Assembly: GCA_027493625.1 (NCBI GenBank)
Contig: JAOSKM010000001.1
Location: 382,416 to 446,415, forward strand
Direction of reading: 5' to 3'
Source of the DNA: Planctomycetota bacterium
GTDB lineage: Bacteria; Planctomycetota; UBA8742; UBA2392
Length of the DNA stretch: 64,000 nucleotides
Both the position numbers and the translations under genes were made by a program. How positions within the stretch are numbered: position 1 is the stretch's first letter; every line of letters starts with the position of its first letter. The notes under the pieces are model-generated. The model saw nothing but the letters and a program-made list of their open reading frames with translations. It was not told where the DNA came from and searched no databases. This document shows, piece after piece, positions 60,005 to 64,000 of this stretch.

Positions 60005-63000
60005 TCAGCCGATCGTCTGGGGTTCGAGTGTGATCGGTTCTTCGGTCTCTTCTTCGATCACCACTTGTGGGCCTTGCTGCTCTCCGCGGTGGGGGTCGAT
60101 GTCCTTGTTGAACCAGCGCTTCACCCTTTGCAGCGTGTCTTCCAGCGCGAGGTAGGTTGAGGGCAGCATCACCAGCACCACCACCGTCGAGAACGCGATC
60201 CCGAACGCCAGGCTGATCGCCATCGGGATCAGGAATGCCGCCTGCACCGAGCGCTCCAGCATGATCGGCGTCAGGCCCGCAAACGTGGTCAGCGATGTCA
60301 GCAGAATCGCCCGGAAGCGCCGGGGCCCGGCCTCGCGCACGGCCTCAAGCACCGTCTTGCCCTCTTCGCGCCGGTAGCGGTTGATGAAGTCGATCAGCAC
60401 CAGGCTGTCGTTCACCACCACGCCCGACAGGGCCAGCAGGCCCACGATGCTCAGGAACGTCACGTCCATGCCGATCGCCAGGTGCGCCCAGATCGCGCCG
60501 GCGATGCCGAACGGCACCACCCACATCACGATCACCGGCTGGAAGTAGGAACGGAACGCCACCGCAAGCAGGCCGAACATCAGGAACATCGACAGGATCA
60601 GCCCCACGCGCAGGCCGGAGAAACTTTCCGCCTGGCGCTGCTGCTCGCCGCCGAACTTCCAGGTCAGGCCCGGGTACTTCTCGGTCAGGGACGGCAGGTA
60701 GTTCTCGGCCAGGTCGGCGTTCAGCTCGTTCGCGTTGGTGACGGTGCGGTTAAGGTCGCTGGTGACCACGATGGTGCGCTGGCGGTCCAGCCGGTTGATG
60801 CTGCTGACGCCGCGCGAGATGGTGTAGCCCGCGACCTCCGAGAATGCGGCCTCGCGCCCGTTGGGCAGGCGGATGCGCATGTTCTCGAGGTTGCTGATCG
60901 ACTCGCGCTCGTCTTTCGGGTAGCGCACGAACACCTTCACTTCATCCTTGCCAACCTGCACGCGCTGGGCCTCGTTCCCGTAGAACGCGCCGCGCACCTG
61001 CTGGATCAGCGCCGCCTGCGTCAGCCCGAGGCTGCGGCCGGATTCGCTGACTTCCGGCACGATCTCCAGCTTGCCCTCGCGGTAGTCGTCGGCGATGTCG
61101 AAGGTGCCCGGGTACTCGGCCAGGTGGCCCTTCAGGTCTTCGGCCGCCTGCTCGATCTGCCTCAGGTCGCGGCCTGCCAGCTCGACGTTCACGGCCGCGC
61201 CGACGTTGACCTGGTCGGAGCTGAAGGTGAGCTCGATGGCGTTGGGGATGCGCTGGCCCACTTTGTTGCGCCACATGTCGCGGATCTCGGAGGCTTTCAA
61301 CTCGCGCTTTTCAGACGAGACGAGAGCCAGGTGCACCTCGGCGATGTTGTCGCGGCTCTGGCTCGAGCCGCCTTCGCCCGGTGGGCCGTTGGCCATGCGG
61401 AAGGGGTGCGCGCCCAGCACGGCGCGGACGTTCTCGACCACGCTGCCGCGCTTGTCGCCCTCTACCTCGGCGCGGATTTCCTCGGCCGTGGACTCCAGCA
61501 CCTCCAACGCGAGGCGCGTTTCTTCTGCAGACGCGCCTTCGGGCAGCGTGACAGAGGCGATCACGTCGTTGCCCTCAATGGCCGGGAAGAACGCGACTTT
61601 AATGCGCCCGCTGGCGAACAGGCCGCCGGTCAGGATCAGGAAGCCCAGGCCGCCGCCGATGATGGTCCAGCGCCAGCGGATCGTGAACTCGAGCGTGGGC
61701 CGGTAGGTCTTGTCGATGAACCAGTCCACCATCTTCTCGAAGCCGCCCTGCACTTTCGACCACGCGCGGGGCAGGAACCAGTTGCTGAAGCGGCCCTTGC
61801 CTTCGCCGTGGGCCAGGTGCGCCGGCAGAACGAACAGGCTTTCCAGTAGTGAAGCCGCCAGCGCCAGGATCACTACCGAGGCAATGGCGGCCGCGAACAC
61901 GCCGGTGCGGCCGGGCAGCATCAGCATGGGGCTGAAGGCAATGGTGGTGGTGGCAATCGCGAGGCCGACGGGCAGCATCACCTCGCGCACGCCGTCAATG
62001 GCCGCCTGCAGCGGTGGCTTGCCCATGCGCTTGTGGGCGTCGATGTTCTCGCCGACCACGATGGCGTCATCCACCAGGATGCCCAGCGCCAGCACGAAGC
62101 CAAAGCTGGACAGGAAGTTGATCGTCATGCCGGCAAAGGGCATCAGCCACACGGTGCCCAGTACGGCCGTGGCAAGGCCGACCGCGACCCACATGGCCAG
62201 GCGCGCGCGCAGGAAGAAAGCCAGCACCAGGAACACCAGCAGCAGGCCCTGCATGCCGTTCCACTTCAGCAGGTCCATGCGCTCGATCAGGTTCTCCGAG
62301 ATGTCGCGGAACTTCTGGATGGTGACGCCGGGGGGCAGCTCGGCTTTCTTCTTGTCGGTGTAGGCGGCCACGGCCTCGGCGATGGCCAGCGTGTCCTGGT
62401 CGCCGACGCGGTAGACCTCGATCATCAGGCTGCGGCGCCCGTTGACTCGCGATTCCAGCGTGACTTCCTCGAAAGTGTCGCGCACGTCGGCGAGATCGCC
62501 GACCTTGATTTCCGTGCCGTCCGCGCGGGTGATTACCGGGATGCGCTCGAACTCTTCGCGCGTGTAGGCCTGGCTGCTGCTGCGGAACAGGATTTCGCCG
62601 CCCGCGGTCTCGACTGAGCCGGCCGGCAGGTTCAGCGAGTAGCGGTTCACGGCGGCGGCAATCTCGGCAAAACTGAGGCCGTAGCGGCGCAGGTCGTCCT
62701 CGCGCACGCTGATGGCGATCTCGTGGTTGCGGTCGTCGCTGATCTCGGCCTTGCTGACTTGTGGCAGGGCGACGATTTCATCGCGGACCTGGTCGGCAAG
62801 GCGGGTCAGCTCGCGCTCGGACATGTCGCCCGCGAGCAGCAGCCATACCACGCGCTCTTCGATCTTCCCCTCGCGGATCACCGGCTCTTCGGCCTCGGCG
62901 GGGAAGGTGGTGATGGCGTCGATCTCGGCCTTCACTTCGTCGGTGACGTCCTTGATGTCCTCGCCGTCTTTGATTTCGACGGTGACCAGGCCGAGGCTTT

Positions 63001-63259
63001 CGGTGGCGCGGCTGCTGATGCGCTTGACGCCATCGATGCCCTGGATCGCCTCTTCGATCTTGATGTTGACCGACTCTTCGACTTCCTCGGGCGTGGCGCC
63101 GGGGTACAGCACCGAGACGCTGATGATCTCGGGTTCGATGTCGGGGAACGCCGTGCGGCGGATGATCGGCAGTGTCATCAAACCGCCGATCAGGAACATG
63201 CCCATCAGCAGGTTGGCCGCGACGCCGTTGCGGGTGAACCAGGCTACCAGGGCGTTCAT
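60005..63259 (-). CDS. RND efflux permease (AcrB/AcrD/AcrF family)
   Basis: GILVDDAIVVGENI, GVVVNDSLVLID, RFRAILLTSLTT. Confidence 0.96.
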   Translation of the reverse strand: MNALVAWFTRNGVAANLLMGMFLIGGLMTLPIIRRTAFPDIEPEIISVSVLYPGATPEEVEESVNIKIEEAIQGIDGVKRISSRATESLGLVTVEIKDGEDIKDVTDEVKAEIDAITTFPAEAEEPVIREGKIEERVVWLLLAGDMSERELTRLADQVRDEIVALPQVSKAEISDDRNHEIAISVREDDLRRYGLSFAEIAAAVNRYSLNLPAGSVETAGGEILFRSSSQAYTREEFERIPVITRADGTEIKVGDLADVRDTFEEVTLESRVNGRRSLMIEVYRVGDQDTLAIAEAVAAYTDKKKAELPPGVTIQKFRDISENLIERMDLLKWNGMQGLLLVFLVLAFFLRARLAMWVAVGLATAVLGTVWLMPFAGMTINFLSSFGFVLALGILVDDAIVVGENIDAHKRMGKPPLQAAIDGVREVMLPVGLAIATTTIAFSPMLMLPGRTGVFAAAIASVVILALAASLLESLFVLPAHLAHGEGKGRFSNWFLPRAWSKVQGGFEKMVDWFIDKTYRPTLEFTIRWRWTIIGGGLGFLILTGGLFASGRIKVAFFPAIEGNDVIASVTLPEGASAEETRLALEVLESTAEEIRAEVEGDKRGSVVENVRAVLGAHPFRMANGPPGEGGSSQSRDNIAEVHLALVSSEKRELKASEIRDMWRNKVGQRIPNAIELTFSSDQVNVGAAVNVELAGRDLRQIEQAAEDLKGHLAEYPGTFDIADDYREGKLEIVPEVSESGRSLGLTQAALIQQVRGAFYGNEAQRVQVGKDEVKVFVRYPKDERESISNLENMRIRLPNGREAAFSEVAGYTISRGVSSINRLDRQRTIVVTSDLNRTVTNANELNADLAENYLPSLTEKYPGLTWKFGGEQQRQAESFSGLRVGLILSMFLMFGLLAVAFRSYFQPVIVMWVVPFGIAGAIWAHLAIGMDVTFLSIVGLLALSGVVVNDSLVLIDFINRYRREEGKTVLEAVREAGPRRFRAILLTSLTTFAGLTPIMLERSVQAAFLIPMAISLAFGIAFSTVVVLVMLPSTYLALEDTLQRVKRWFNKDIDPHRGEQQGPQVVIEEETEEPITLEPQTIG

Positions 63260-64000
63260 GGCTGCTCCTTGCTCAGTTGCACGGGCATGTCTTCAACCAC
63301 CATTTCGAGCTGGCTGGTCACCACCTGCTCGCCTTCTTCCAGGCCGGCGCTGATCAGCACCGACTCCGGCGTGGCGCGCACCACCGTGACTTCGCGCTGC
63401 TTCAGCCGCGAAGCGGCGTCCACCACCAGCACGCGCCCGTCGGGGCGCAGCGCCTGTCGCGGCAGCACGAACACGCGCTCGGCCTCGCGGCCGGTGACCA
63501 CCGCGTTCACAAAGGTGTTCGGCAGCAGCGGCGTGGACTGGGCGCTGCCGTTGGGGTCCCTGACCCGCGCGATCGCGTAGTACATGCGGGTTTGCGGGTC
63601 AACCTCGGCCTCGGTGCGCACGATGCGAGCCGGCCAGGAGATCACTTCAGGCCCGAAGCGCGCGCTGAGCTGCACCTGCGGCGCGCGCTCGTCGTCGTAC
63701 TCGAGCTGACCGCCCAGCGGCAGCTCAAGGAAGCCGATGTCGTCGGCGCTCAGGGGCAGTCTCACCTCGGCGTAGTCCGTGGCGTACACGCGCGCCACAG
63801 GTACGCCCAGGCCGATGAACTGCCCCTGCTCGACCAGCTTCTGGCGCACGCGTCCCTCGTATGGGGCGAGGATGCGCGTGCTCAGGAAGTCCACGTTCGC
63901 CTTGGCGTACGCGGCCAATGCACCCTGCAGCGCGGCGTTGCGCTCGGCCAGTTGCGGCTCGCGCAGCAGCAGCGGGTCTGCGGGGCCCTGCCCGTACTTC
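63256..64000 (-). CDS. RND periplasmic adaptor subunit (5' end lies outside the window)
   Basis: TRILAPY.GRV, V..GQ, VDPQTR, LP..AL, GL..GE.VV. Confidence 0.9.
   Translation of the reverse strand, partial: KYGQGPADPLLLREPQLAERNAALQGALAAYAKANVDFLSTRILAPYEGRVRQKLVEQGQFIGLGVPVARVYATDYAEVRLPLSADDIGFLELPLGGQLEYDDERAPQVQLSARFGPEVISWPARIVRTEAEVDPQTRMYYAIARVRDPNGSAQSTPLLPNTFVNAVVTGREAERVFVLPRQALRPDGRVLVVDAASRLKQREVTVVRATPESVLISAGLEEGEQVVTSQLEMVVEDMPVQLSKEQP

Overview
High-GC bacterial window. The gene mix (a pseudopilin cluster, LepB with a large insertion, heptamer and palindromic intergenic repeats) suggests a Planctomycetota-like organism, which is an inference. Housekeeping and accessory content: a cytochrome c maturation cluster (ccmE-F-H-I-like-X-A), glmU-prs-(C25 peptidase)-rplY-rpsF-ssb-rpsR-rplI, an ECF sigma/TetR/ubiX locus and an RND efflux pair. 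Main highlights: (1) a ~9 kb element integrated in tRNA-Pro(CGG) between 48-bp att repeats. It encodes a tyrosine integrase, three excisionase-type HTH proteins, a replication initiator with six internal iteron-like repeats, a TerS-like protein and two paralogous ~280-aa tape-measure/pilot-like proteins, but no recognisable capsid, portal or TerL, making it a candidate new phage-satellite type. (2) A selenocysteine peroxiredoxin (in-frame UGA at the peroxidatic site plus a SECIS hairpin) that the ORF track misses. (3) Palindromic and heptamer repeat elements sitting in frame inside protein-coding genes. (4) A solo HUH/Y1 transposase inside ~105-bp inverted repeats. (5) A Doc toxin with a natural catalytic His-to-Tyr change. 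Five genes are broken by single-base shifts at homopolymers, most likely sequencing errors. Family assignments come from motif recognition only; no database searches were run.
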